NCBI GenBank assembly: GCA_030390025.1
Contig: JASTWF010000033.1
Span: 6,388,001 to 6,452,000 of the forward strand
Origin: Squalus acanthias
Taxonomy: Eukaryota
DNA length: 64,000 bases
Direction of reading: 5' to 3'
Shown here in pieces: positions 10,162-23,072 of the stretch (position 1 is its first letter; each line of letters begins with the position of its first letter). A program made the position numbers and the translations under genes. The notes beneath the pieces were generated by a model. That model was not told the DNA's origin. It did not search any database and worked only from the letters and a program-made list of their open reading frames with translations.

Positions 10162-13100
10162 AATTTGGTAACAGGTTGCTCAACGCCGTTTATACTGCCT
10201 GTTTAAAATCACTATAAGCGGTTTGTTCGATCGGCCAGCGTGGCTCCAAGTTCCGGGACCCAGGTCTGGTACTTTACGTCATCCGCCAATGTGTTCCAGA
10301 GGTCCCGGGGGCACTTGCCTCGGACGATTTGTCTGTGTCTGTGAATGGAGTTGTCTCGATCTGTGAATGGAGCTGTCTGGGTCTGTGAATGGCGCTGTCT
10401 GGGTTTGTGAATGGAGCTTCCAATGTCTGTAATTGGAGATGTCTGGGTCTGTGTATGCAGCTGTCTGGGTCTGTGAATGGAGCTGCCTGGGTCTGTGAAT
10501 GGAGCTGTCTGGGTCTGTGAATGACGCTGTCTGGGTCTGTGAATGGAGCTGTCTGGGTCTGTGAATGGAGCTGCCAGTGTCTGTAAATGGAGCTGTCTCG
10601 GTCTGTGAATGGAGCTGTCTGGGTCTGTGAATAGGCGCTGTCTGGGTTTGTGAATGTAGCTTCCAGTGTCTGTAATTGGAGATGTCTGGGTCTGTGTATG
10701 GAGCTGTCTGGGTCTGTGAATGGAGCTGTCTGGGTCTGTGAATGGAGCTGTCTGGGTCTGTGAATGGCGCTGTCTGGGTCTGTGAATGGAGCTGTCTGGG
10801 TCTGTGAATGGCGCTGTCTGGGTTTGTGAATGGTGCTTCCAGTGTCTGTAATTGGAGATGTCTGGGTCTGTGTATGGAGCTGTCTGGGTCTGGGAATGGA
10901 GCTGTCTGGGTCAGTGAATGGAGCTGTCTGGGTCTGTGAATGGCGCTTTCTGGGTCTGTGAATGGAGCTGTCTGGGTCTGTGAATGGAGCTGCCAGTGTC
11001 TGTAAATGGAGCTGTCTCGGTCTGTGAATGGAGCTGTCTGGGTCTGTGAATGGAGCTGTCTGGGTCTGTCAATGGAGATGCCAGAGTCTGTAACTGGAGC
11101 GGTCTGTGTCTGTGAATGGATCTCTCTGTTTCTGTGAATTGACCTGTCTGGGTCTGTGAATGGAGCTGTCTGTGTCTTTTAAGTAAGTTCTCTGGGTCTG
11201 TGAATGGAGCTGTCTGTGTCTGTGAATGGAACTGTCTGGGTCTGTGAATGGAGATTTTGGGGTCTGTGAATGGAGTTGTCTGGGTCTGTGAATGGTGATG
11301 TCTGGGTCTGTGAATGAAGCTGTCTGCATCAGTGAATGGAGCTGTCTGGGTCTGTGAATGGAGCTGTCTGGGTGTGTAAATTGAGCTGTCTGAGTCTGTG
11401 AATGGAGCTCTCTGGGTCTGTGAAGAGACCAGCATGGGTGTATGAATGGAGCTCACTTGTTCTGTGAATGGAACTGTCTGGGTCTGTGAATCGAGCTGTC
11501 TGAGTCTGTGAAGTGAGTTGTCTGTGTCTCTGAATGGAGCTGTTTGTGTCTGTGAATGAAGCTGTCTGGGTCTGTGAATGAAGCTGTCTGTGTCTCTGAA
11601 TGGAACTGTCTTTGTCTGTGAATGGAGCAGCCAGATTCTGTAAATGGAGCTGTCTGGGTCGGTGAATGGAGCTGCCTGGGTCTGTCAATGGTGTTCTCTG
11701 GTTCTGTGAATGGATTTTCTGTGTCTGTGAATGGAGTTGTCTGTATCGGTGAATGGAGCTGTCTGTATCTGTGAATTGTACTGCCTGTGTCGGGGAATGG
11801 AGCTCTCCGGGAGTGTGAATGGAGCTGTCTGGGTCTGTGAATGGAGATGTCTGGGTCTGTGAATGGAGCTGTCTGGGTCTGTGAATGGAGCTGTCTGCGT
11901 CTGTGAATGGAGCTTTCTCTGTCTGTGAATGGAGCTGTCTGGGTCTGTGAATGGATCTGTCCGTGTCTGTGAATTGACCTGTCTGGTTCTGTGAATGGAG
12001 CTGTCTGGGTCTGTAAATTGAGCTGTCTGAGTCTGTGAATGGAGCTCTCTGGGTCTGTGAAGAGACCAGCATGGGTGCATGAATGGAGCTCACTTGTTCT
12101 GTGAATGGAACTGTCTGGGTCTGTGAATCCAGCTGTCTGAGGCTGTGAAGTGAGTGATCTGTGTCTCTGAATGGAGCTGTTTGTGTCTGTGAATGAAGCT
12201 GTCTGGGTCTGTGAATGAAGCTATCTGTGTCTGTGAATGGAACTGTCTTTGTCTGTGAATGGAGCAGCCAGATTCTGTAAATTGAGTTGTCTGGGGCTGT
12301 GAATGGAGCTGTCTGGGTCTGTCAATGGTGTTCTCTGGTTCTGTGAATGGAGCTGTCTGGGTCTGTGAATGGCACTGTCTGGGTTTGTGAATGGAGCTTC
12401 CAGGGTCTGTAATTGGAGATGTCTGGGTCATTGTATAGAGCTGTCTGGGTCTGTGAATGGAGATGTCTGGGTCTGTGTATGGAGCTGTATGGGTCTGTGA
12501 ATTGAGCTGTCTGGGTCTGTGAATGAAGCTGTCTGGGTCTGTGAATGGCGCTGTCTGGGTCTGTGAATGGAGCTGTCTGGGTCTGTGAATGGAGCTGCCA
12601 GTGTCTGTAAATGGAGGTGTCTCGGTCTGTGAATGGAGCTGTCTGGGTCTGTGAATGGAGCTGTCTGGGTATGTGAATTGACCTGTCTGGGTCTGTGAAT
12701 GGAGCTGTCTGTGTCTTTTAAGTAAGTTCTCTGGGTCTATGAATGGAGCTGTCTGTGTCTGTGAATGGAACTGTCTGGGTCTGTGAATGGAGATTATGGG
12801 GTCTGTGAATGGAGTTGTCTGGGTCTGTGAATGGTGATGTCTGGGTCTGTGAATGAAGCTGTCTGCATCAGTGAATGGAGCTGTCTGGGTCTGTGAATGG
12901 AGCTGTCTGGGTCTGTAAATTGAGCTGTCTGAGTCTGTGAATGGAGCTCTCTGGGTCTGTGAAGAGAACAGCATGGGTGTATGAATGGAGCTCACTTGTT
13001 CTGTGAATGGAACTGTCTGGGTCTGTGAATCGAGCTGTCTGAGTCTGTGAAGTGAGTTGTCTGTGTCTCTGAATGGAGCTGTTTGTGTCTGTGAATGAAG

Positions 13101-16100
13101 CTGTCTGGGTCTGTGAATGAAGCTGTCTGTGTCTCTGAATGGAACAGTCTTTGTCTGTGAATGGAGCAGCCAGATTCTGTAAATTGAGCTGTCTGGGTCG
13201 GTGAATGGAGCTGCCTGGGTCTGTCAATGGAGCTGTCTGGGTCTGTGAATGGACCTGTCTGGGTCTGTGTATGGAGCTGTCTGGGTCTGTGAATGGAGCT
13301 GCCAGTGTCTGTAAATGGAGGTGTCTCGGTCTGTGAATGGAGCTGTCTGGGTCTGTGAATGGAGCTGTCTGGGTCTGTGAATTGACCTGTCTGGGTCTGT
13401 GAATGGAGCTGTCTGTGTCTTTTAAGTAAGTTCTCTGGGTCTGTGAATGGAGCTGTCTGTGTCTGTGAATGGAACTGTCTGGGTCTGTGAATGGAGATTT
13501 TGGGGTCTGTGAATGGAGTTGTCTGGGTCTGTGAATGGTGATGTCTGGGTCTGTGAATGAAGCTGTCTGCATCAGTGAATGGAGCTGTTTGGGTCTGTGA
13601 ATGGAGCTGTCTGGGTCTGTAAATTGAGCTGTCTGAGTCTGTGAATGGAGCTCTCTGGGTCTGTGTATGGAGCTGTCTGGGTCGGTGAATGGAGCTGCCT
13701 GGGTCTGTCAATGGAGCTGTCTGGGTCTGTGAATGGACCTGTCTGGGTCTGTGTATGGAGCTGTCTGGGTCTGTGAATGGAGCTGTCTGGGTCTGTGAAT
13801 GGAGCTGTCTGGGTCTGTGAATGGAGCTTTCTCTGTCTGTGAATTGACCTGTCTGCGTCTGTCAATGGAGCTGTCTGGGTTTGTCAATGGACCTGTCTGG
13901 GTCTGTGTATGGAGCTGTCTGTGTCTGTGAATGGAGCTGTCTGGGTCTGTGAATGAAGCTGTCTGCGTCAGTGAGTGGAGCTGTCTGGGTCTGTGAATGG
14001 AGCTGTCTGGGTCTGTAAATTGAGCTGTCTGAGTCTGTGAATGGAGCTCTCTGGGTCTGTGAAGAGACCAGCTTGGGTGTATGAATGGAGCTCACTTGTT
14101 CTGTGAATGGAACTGTCTGGGTCTGTGAATCGAGCTGTCTGAGGCTGTGAAGTGAGTTGTCTGTGTCTCTGAATGGAGCTGTTTGTGTCTGTGAATGAAG
14201 CTGTCTGGGTCTGTGAATTAAGCTGTCTGTGTCTGTGAATGGAACTGTCTTTGTCTGTGAATGGAGCAGCCAGAATCTGTAAATGGAGCTGTCTTGGTCT
14301 GTGAATGGAGCTGTCTGGGTCTGTCAATGGTGTTCTCTGGTTCTGTGAATGGATTTTCTGGGTCTGTGAATGGAGTTGCCTGGATCTGTGAACGGAGCTG
14401 TCTGGGTCTGTGAATGGCGCTGTCTGGGTTTGTGAATAGAGCTTCCAGAGTCTGTAATTGGAGATGTCCCGGTCTTTGTATAGAGCTGTCTGGGTCTGTG
14501 AATGGAGATGTCTGGGTCTGTGAATGGAGCTGTCTGGGTCTGTGAATGGCGCTGTCTGGGTCTGTGAATGGAGCTGCCTGTGTCTGTAAATGGAGCTGTC
14601 TCGGTCTGTGAATGCAGCTGTCTGGGTCTGTGAATGGAGCTGTCTGGGTCTGTGAATGCAGCTTTCTCTGTCTGTGAATGGAGCTGCCTGGGTCTGTGAA
14701 TGGAGCTGTCTGGGACTGTGAATGGAGCTGTCTGGGTCTGTGAATGGAGCTGTCTAGGTCTGTGAATGGAGCTGTCTGGGTCTGTGAATGCAGCTTTCTC
14801 TGTCTGTGAATGGAGCTGCCTGGGTCTGTGAATGGAGCTGTCTGGGACTGTGAATGGAGCTGTCTGGGTCTGTGAATGGAGCTGTCTGGATCTGTGAATG
14901 GAGCTGTCTGGGTCTGTGAATGGAGATTTTGGGGTCTGTGAATGGAGTTGTCTGGGTCTGTGAATGGTGATGTCTGGGTCTGTGAATGAAGCTGTCTCCG
15001 TCAGTGAATGGAACTGTCTGGGTCTGTGAATGGAGCTGTCTGGGTCTGTAAATTGAGCTGTCTGAGTCTGTGAATCGAGCTGTCTGAGTCTGTGAAGTGA
15101 GTTGTCTGTGTCTCTGAATGGTGCTGTTTGTGTCTGTCAATGAAGCTGTCTGGGTCTGTGAATGAAGCTGTCTGTGTCTGTGAATTGACCTGCCTGTGTC
15201 TGTGAATTGACCTGTCTGGGTCTGTCAATGGAGCTGTCTGTGTCTTTGAAGTAAGTTCTCTGGGTCTGTGAATGGAGCTATCTGTGTCTGTGAATGGAAC
15301 TGTCTGGGTCTGTGAATGGAGATTTTGGGGTCTGTGAATGGAGTTGTCTTGGTCTGTGAATGGTGATGTCTGGGTCTGTGAATGAAGCTGTCTGCGTCAG
15401 TTAATGGAGCTGTCTGGGTCTGTGAATGGAACTGTCTGGGTCATTGAATGGAGATTTTGAGGTCTGTGAATGGAGATATGTGGATCTTCGTATGGTGATG
15501 TCTGGGTCTGTGAATGAAGCTGTCTGCGTCAGTGAATGGAGCTGTCTGGGTCTGTGAATGGAGCTGTCTGGGTGTGTAAATTGAGCTGTCTGAGTCTGTG
15601 AATGGAGCTCTCTACGTCTGTGAAGAGACCAGCATGGGTGCATGAATGGAGCTCACTTGTTCTGTGAATGGAACTGTCTGGGTCTGTGAATCGAGCTGTC
15701 TGAGTCTGTGAAGTGAGTTGTCTGTGTCTCTAAATGGAGCTGTCTGTGTCTGTGAATGGAACTTTCTTTATCTGTGAATGGAGCTGCCAGATTCTGTAAA
15801 TGGAGCTGTCTGGATCTGTGAATGGAGCTGTCTGGGACTGTGAATGGAGCTGTCTGGGTCTGTGAATGGAGCTGTCTGGGTCTGTGAATGCAGCTGTCTG
15901 GGTCTGTGAATGCAGCTTTCTCTGTCTGTGAATGGAGCTGCCTGGGTCTGTGAATGGAGCTGTCTGGGACTGTGAATGGAGCTGTCTGGGTCTGTGAATG
16001 GAGCTGTCTGGGTCTGTGAATGGAGCTGTCTGGGTCTGTGAATGGAGCTTTCTCTGTCTGTGAATGGAGCTGTCTGGGTCTGTCAATGGAGCTGTCTGGG

Positions 16101-19100
16101 TCTGTGAATGGACCTGTCTGGGTCTGTGTATGGAAATGTCTGGGTCTGTGAATGGAGCTGTCTGGGTCTGTGAATGGAGCTGTCTGGGTCTGTCAATGGA
16201 GATGCCAGTGTCTGTAACTGGAGCGGTCTGTGTCTGTGAATAGATCTGTCTGTGTCTGTGAATTGACCTGTCCGGGTCTGTGAATGGAGCTGTCTGTGTC
16301 TGTGAATGGAGCTGTCTGGGTCTGTCAATAGAGATGCCATAGTCTGTAACTGGAGCGGTCTGTGTCTGTGAATGGATCTGTCTGTGTCTGTCAATTGACC
16401 TGTCTGGGTCTGTGAATGGAGCTGTCTGGGTCTGTGAATGGAGCTGTCTGGGTCTGTCAATAGAGATGCCATAGTCTGTAACTGGAGCGGCCTGTGTCTG
16501 TGAATGGATCTGTCTGTGTCTGTCAATTGACCTGTCTGGGTCTGTGAATGGAGGTGTCTGTGTCTTTGAAGTAAGTTCTCTGGGTCTGTGAATGGAGCTA
16601 TCTGTGTCTGTGAATGGAACTGTCTGGGTCTGTGAATGGAGATTTTGGGGTCTGTGAATGGAGTTGTCTGGGTCTGTGAATGGTGATGTCTGGGTCTGTG
16701 AATGAAGCTGTCTGCGTCAGTGACTGGAGCTGTCTGGGTCTGTAAATTGAGCTGTCTGAGTCTGTGAATCGAGCTGTCTGAGTCTGTGAATGGAGCTTTC
16801 TCTGTCTGTGAATGGTGCTGTCTGGGTCTGTCAATGGAGCTATCTGTGTCTGTGAATGGAACTGTCTGGGTCTGTGAATGGAGATTTTGGGGTCTGTGAA
16901 TGGAACTGTCTGGGTCTGTGAATGGAGATTTTGGGGTCTGTGAATGGAGTTGTCTGGGTCTGTGAATGGTGATGTCTGGGTCTGTGAATGAAGCTGTCTG
17001 CGTCAGTTAATGGAGCTGTCTGGGTCTGTGAATGGAGCTGTCTGGGTCTGTAATTGTACTGTCTGGGTCTGTGAATGGAGTTTCTGGGTCTGTGAATGGA
17101 GTTGTCTGGGTCTGTGAATGGAGTTGCCTGGGTCTGTGAATGGAGTTGTCTGGAACTGTGAATGGTGCTGTCTGAATCTGTGAATTGTACTGCCTCTGTC
17201 GGTGAATGGAGCTCTCTGGGTGTGTGAATGGAGCTTCCAGTGTCTGTAATTGGAGATGTCTGGGTCTGTGTATGGAGCTGTCTGGGTCTGTGAATGGAGC
17301 TGTCTGGGTCTGTGAATGGAGCTGTCTGGGTCTGTGAATGGAGCTTTCTCTGTCTGTGAATGGAGCTGTCTGGGTCTGTCAATGGAGCTGTCTGAGTCTG
17401 TGAATGGACCTGTCTGGGTCTGTGTATGGAGCTGTCTGGGTCTCTGAATGGAGCTGTCTGGGTCTGTGAATGGAGCTGTCTGGGTCTGTCAATGGAGATG
17501 CCAGAGTCTGTAACTGGAGCGGTCTGTGTCTGTGAATGGATCTGTCTGTGTCTGTCAATTGACCTGTCTGGGTCTGTGAATGGAGGTGTCTGTGTCTTTG
17601 AAGTAAGTTCTCTGGGTCTGTGAATGGAGCTATCTGTGTCTGTGAATGGAACTGTCTGGGTCTGTGAATGGAGATTTTGGGGTCTGTGAATGGAGTTGTC
17701 TGGGTCTGTGAATGGTGATGTCTGGGTCTGTGAATGAAGCTGTCTGCGTCAGTTAATGGAGCTGTCTGGGTCTGTGAATGGAACTGTCTGGGTCTGTGAA
17801 TGGAGATTTTGAGGTCTGTGAATGGAGATATGTGGGTCTGTGACTGGTGATGTCTGGGTCTGTGAATGAAGCTGTCTGCGTCAGTGAATGGAGCTGTCTG
17901 GGTCTGTGAATGGAGCTGTCTTGTCTGTAAATTGAGCTGTCTGAGTCTGTGAATGGAGCTCTCTAGGTCTGTGAAGAGACCAGCATGGGTGCATGAATGG
18001 AGCTCACTTGTTCTGTGAATGGAACTGTCTGGGTCTGTGAATCGAGCTGTCTGAGTCTGTGAAGTGAGTTGTCTGTGTCTCTGAATGGAGCTGTTTGTGT
18101 CTGTGAATGAAGCTGTCTGGGTCTGTTAATGAAGCTGTCTGTGTCTGTGAATGGAACTGTCTTTGTCTATGAATGGAGCTGCCAGATTCTGTAAATGGAG
18201 CTGTGTGGGTCTGTGAATGGAGCTGTCTGGGTCTGTCAATGGTGTTCTCTGGTTCTGTGAATGGATTTTCTGGGTCTGTGAATGGTGATGTCTGGGTCTG
18301 TGAATGGACTTGTCTGGATCTGTGAATGGAGCTGTCTGAATCTGTGAATTGTACTGCCTGTGTCTGTGAATGGAGCAATCTGGGTGTGTGAATGGAGCTT
18401 CCAGTGTCTGTAATTGGAGATGTCTGGGTCTGTGTATGGAGCTGTCTGGGTCTGTGAATGGAGCTGTCTGGGTCTGTGAATGGAGCTGTCTGGGTCTGTC
18501 AATGGAGCTGTCTGGGTCTTTGAATGGACCTGTCTGGGTCTATGTATGGAGCGACTGGGTCTGTCAATGGAGCTGTCTGGGTCTGTGAATGGAGCTGTCT
18601 GGGTCTGTCAATGGAGATGCCAGAGTCTGTAACTGGAGCTGTCTGTGTCTTTTAAGTAAGTTCTCTGGGTCTGTGAATGGAGCTATCTGTGTCTGTGAAT
18701 GGAACTGTCTGGGTCTGTGAATGGAGATTTTGGTGTCTGTGAATGGAGTTGTCTGGGTCTGTGAATGGTGATGTCTGGGTCTGTGAATGAAGCTGTCTGC
18801 GTCAGTGAATGGAGCTGTCTGAGTCTGTGAATGGAGCTGTCTGGGTCTGTAAATTGAGCTGTCTGAGTCTGTGAATGGAGCTCACTGGGTCTGTGAAGAG
18901 ACCAGCATGGGTGTATGAATGGAGCTCACTTGTTCTGTGAATGGAACTGTCTGGGTCTGTGAATCGAGCTGTCTGAGTCTGTGAAGTGAGTTGTCTGTTT
19001 CTCTGAATGGAGCTGTTTGTGTCTGTGAATGAAGCTGTCTGGGTCTGTGAATGAAGCTGTCTGTGTCTCTGAATGGAACTGTCTTTGTCTGTAAATGGAG

Positions 19101-20325
19101 CTGCCAGATTCTGTAAATGGAGCTGTCTGGGTCTGTGAATGGAGCTGTCTGGCTCTGTGAATGGAGCTGTCTGGGTCTTTCAATGGACCCGTCTGGGTCT
19201 GTGAATGGAGCTGTCTGTGTCTTTGAAGTAAGTTCTCTGGGTCTGTGAATGGAGCTATCTGTGTCTGTGAATGGAACTGTCTGGGTCTGTGAATGGTGAT
19301 TTTGGGGTCTGTGAATGGAGTTGTCTGGGTCTGTGAATGGTGATGTCTGGGTCTGTGAATGAAGCTGTCTGCGTCAGTGAATGGAGCTGTCTGGGTCTGT
19401 GAATGGAGCTGTCTGGGTCTGTAAATTGAGCTGTCTGAGTCTGTGAATGGAGCTCTCTGGGTCTGTGAAGAGACCAGCATGGGTGTATGAATGGAGCTCA
19501 CTTGTTCTGTGAATGGAACTGTCTGGGTCTGTGAATCGAGCTGTCTGAGTCTGTGAAGTGATTTGTCTGTTTCTCTGAATGGAGCTGTTTGTGTCTGTGA
19601 ATGAAGCTGTCTGGGTCTGTGAATGAAGCTGTCTTTGTCTATGAATGGAACTGTCTTTGTCTGTGAATGGAGCTACCAGATTCTGTAAATGGAGCTGTCT
19701 GGGTCTGTGAATGGAGCTGTCTGGGTCTGTCAATGGTGTTCTCTTGTTCTGTGAATGAATTTTCTGGGTCTGTGAATGGGGTTGCCTGGGTCTGTGAATG
19801 GTGATGTCTGTGTCTGTGAATGGAGTTGTCTGGAACTGTGAATGGTGCTGTCTGAATCTGTGAATTGTACTGCCTCTGTCGGTGAATGGAGCTCTCTGGG
19901 TGTGTGAATGGAGCTTCCAGTGTCAGTAATTGGAGATGTCTGGGTCTGTGTATGGAGCTGTCTGGGTCTGTGAATGGAGCTGTCTGGGTCTGTGAATGGA
20001 GCTGTCTGGGTCTGTGAATGGAGCTGTCTGGGTCAGTGAATGGAGCTGTCTGGGTCTGTGAATGGAGCTGTCTGGGTCTGTGAATGGAGCTGTCTGGGTC
20101 AGTGAATGGAGCTGTCTGGGTCTGTGAATGGAGCTGTCTGGGTCAGTGAATGGAGCTGTCTGGATCCGTGAATGGAGCTGTCTGGGTCTGTGAATGGAGC
20201 TGTCTGGGTCTGTGAATGGAGCTGTCTGGGTCTGTGAATGGAGCTGTCTGGGTCTGTGAATGGAGCTGTCTGGGTCAGTGAATGGAGCTGTCTGGGTCTG
20301 TGAATGAAGCTGCCAGAGTCTGTAA

Positions 20326-22010
20326 ATGAAGCTCCGCTTCTTCCTTGAACAGAGGCCCAACCAGTCCCCAGCCACAACCACCCTCCTCCGCCTGGCTGAA
20401 CTTGTTCTCACATTGAACAACTTCTCCTTTGACTCTACCCATTTCCTCCAAATTAAAGGTGTTGCTGTGGGTACCCGCATGGGTCCTAGCTATGCCTGCC
20501 TTTTCCTGGGATATGTGGAACACTCTTTGTTCCAGTCCTACTCGGGTCCCCTCCCTCACCTCTTTTTCCGGTACATTGATGGCTGTATTGGTGCCGTCTC
20601 CAACTCTCGCCCTGAACTAGAACATTTCATTCACTATGCTTCCAATTTCCACCCTTCCCTCACCTTCACATGGTCCATCTCCGACTCTTCCCTTCCCTTC
20701 CTCGACTTCTCCATCTCCATCTCTGGGGATAGGTTATTGACTAACATTCACTACAAGCCCACTGACTCCCACAGCTACCTGGACTACACTTCCTCCCACC
20801 CCGCCTCCTGTAAGGACTCTATTCCATTCTCCCAGTTTCTCCGTCTCCGCCGCATCTGCTCTGATGATGCCACCTTCCATACCAGTGCTTCCGACATGTC
20901 TTCCTTTTTCCTCAACCGAGGATTCCCCTCTACCGTGATCGACACGGCCCTCGACCGTGTCCGTTCTATCTCCCGCACTTCTGCCCTCACCCCTGCCCCT
21001 CCCTCCCGGAACCACGATAGGGTTCCCCTTGTCCTCACCTTTCACCCCACCAGCCTCCACATTCAACGGATCATCCTCCGCCATTTCCGCCACCTCCAGC
21101 GTGATCCCACCACCAAACACATCTTCCCCTCACCTCCCCTTTCAGCATTCCACAGGGACCGCTACCTCCGCGACACCCTAGTCCACTCCTCTACCACCCC
21201 CAGCACCCCTTCCCCTTCGCCCGGCACCTTCCAGTGCACGCGCAGGAAATGCAACACATGCCCTTATACCTCCCCTCTTCCCACTGTCCAGGGCCCCAAA
21301 CACCCCTTCCAGGTGAAACAGCGATTTACTTGTACTTCCTGCAATTTAGTATACTGTATTCGCTGCTCACGATGTGGTCTCCTCTACATTGGGGAGACCA
21401 AACGCAGATTGGGTGACCGCTTTGCGGAACACCTCCGTTCAGTCCGTAAGGGGGACCCCGAGCTCCCGGTCGCCTGTCACTTTAATTCACCGCTTCACTC
21501 CCACTCTGACCTCACCGTCCTCGGCCCATTACACTGTTCCACGGCAGCGCAGCGTAAGCTCGAGGAACAGCACCTCATCTTTCGTTTAGGCACGCTACAG
21601 CCATCTGGACTCAATATCGAGTTCAACAATTTCAGATCATAACCTCAGCTCCAATCACATTTATATTTTATTTTTTCCACCCTTTTATTTGCCCCCCCCA
21701 CCTTTTTTTTCCTCCTAGAAGCTGGCAGCTGTCCTTCATTCTGCCAATGGATTTCACACTTCTTTCAGCCTTAATCTGTCACATTAACACCACCTCTAGC
21801 CTTGAATATCTCTTAATGTCTCTTCATCTCCCCCTTTGTTCCTTTATCCCCTCCCCCTTTTCCCAGCTTTACCCTGGCCTTAAATCTATTTGATTTCCGG
21901 CTCTTCCCAGTTCTGACGAAAGGTCATCGACCTGAAACGTTAACTCTCTTTCTCTCTCCACGGATGCTGCCTTGCCTGCTGAGTTTTTCCAGCGTTTTCT
22001 GTTGTTATTC
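20326..22010 (+). mobile_element. Penelope-like retroelement, 5'-truncated, inserted in the satellite
   Basis: Uninterrupted 438-aa frame (20326-21642) with PLE RT motifs (QIKGVAVGTRMGPSYA, FFRYIDG, LPFLD, YKPT) and a C-terminal GIY-YIG endonuclease (NLVYCIRC...LLYIGETKR..RF.EH..GLN); 3' UTR with a hammerhead-like motif. Confidence 0.93.
21909..21945 (+). ncRNA. Minimal hammerhead ribozyme-like motif in Penelope 3' end
   Basis: AGTT-CTGACGA-A-AGGTC(ATC)GACCT-GAAA-CGTT-AACT: conserved core boxes, 5-bp stem II, stem I AGTT/AACT, palindromic ACGT stem III typical of PLE minimal hammerheads. Confidence 0.7.
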
Positions 22011-23072
22011 CTGTAAATGGAGCTGTCTGGGTCTGTGAATGGAGCAGTCGGGGTCTGTGAATGAACCTGTCTGGGTCTGTGAATGGAGCTCTCTGGGTCT
22101 GTGAATGGAGCTTTCTCTGTCTGTGAATGGAGCTGTCTGGGTCTGTGAATGGAGCTGTCTGGGTTTGTGAAGAGAGCAGCATGGGTGTATGAATGGAGCT
22201 CTCTTGTTTTGTGAGTGGAACTGTCTGGGTCTGTGTATGGAGCTGTCTGGGTCTGTGAATGGACCTGTCTGGGTCCGTGAATGTGCTGTCTGGGTCTGTG
22301 AATGGAGCTGTCTGGGTCTGTGAATGGAGCTGTCTGGGTCTGTGAATGGCGCAGTCTGGGTCTGTGAATGGACCTGTCTGTGTCTGTGAATGGAGTTGTC
22401 TGGGTCTGTGAATGGAGCTGTCTGGGTCTGTGAATGGAGCTGTCTGGGTCTGTCAATGGAGCTGCCAGAGTCTGTAACTGGAGCTGTCTGTGTCTGTGAA
22501 TGGAGCTGTCTGGGTCTGCGAATTGAGTTGCCTGTGTCTGTGAATGGAGTTGTCTAGGTCTGTGAATGGTGCTGTCTGGGTCTGTGAATAGAGCTGTCTA
22601 GGTCAGTGAATGGTGCTGTCTGGGTCTGTGAATGGAGCTGTCTGGGTTGAGAATTGAGCTGTCTGAATCTGTGAATGTAGCTCTCTGAGTCTGTGAAGAG
22701 AGCAGCAAAGGTGTATGAATGGAGCTCCCTTGTTCTGTGAATGAAACCGTCTGGGTCTGTGAATCGAGCTGTCTGAGTCTGTGAAGTGAGTTGGCTATGT
22801 CTCTGAATGGAATTGTTTGTGCCTGTGAGAGGAGCATGCTGAGTCTGTGAATGGAGCTGTCTGAGTCTGTAAATGGAGCTGCCAGAGTCTGTAAATGGAG
22901 CTGTCTGGGTCTGTGAATGGAGCAGCCTGGGTTTGTGAATGGAGTTGTCTGGGTCTGTGAATCGAGCTCTCTGAGTCTGTAAATGGAGCTGTCTGAGTCT
23001 GTAAATTGAGCTGTCTGGGTCTGTAAATGGAGCTGTCTGTGTCTGTGAATGGCGCTATCTATGTCTCTGAAT

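Larger units (their letters stand above)
6352..10327 (-). mobile_element. Endogenous retrovirus, 5'-truncated and internally deleted (putative gag fragment - RNase H/integrase - env - PPT - 3' LTR)
   Basis: Retroviral RNase H and integrase motifs, env-like ORF fragments, PPT and a TG...CA LTR in the correct order on the minus strand; inserted in a CR1 3' end at 6351. Confidence 0.9.

Noticed and set aside
20734..21120. Antisense ORFs overlapping Penelope, CR1, ERV and Harbinger coding regions (this one as an example)
   Set aside because: Shadow frames of TE coding sequence with no independent motifs.
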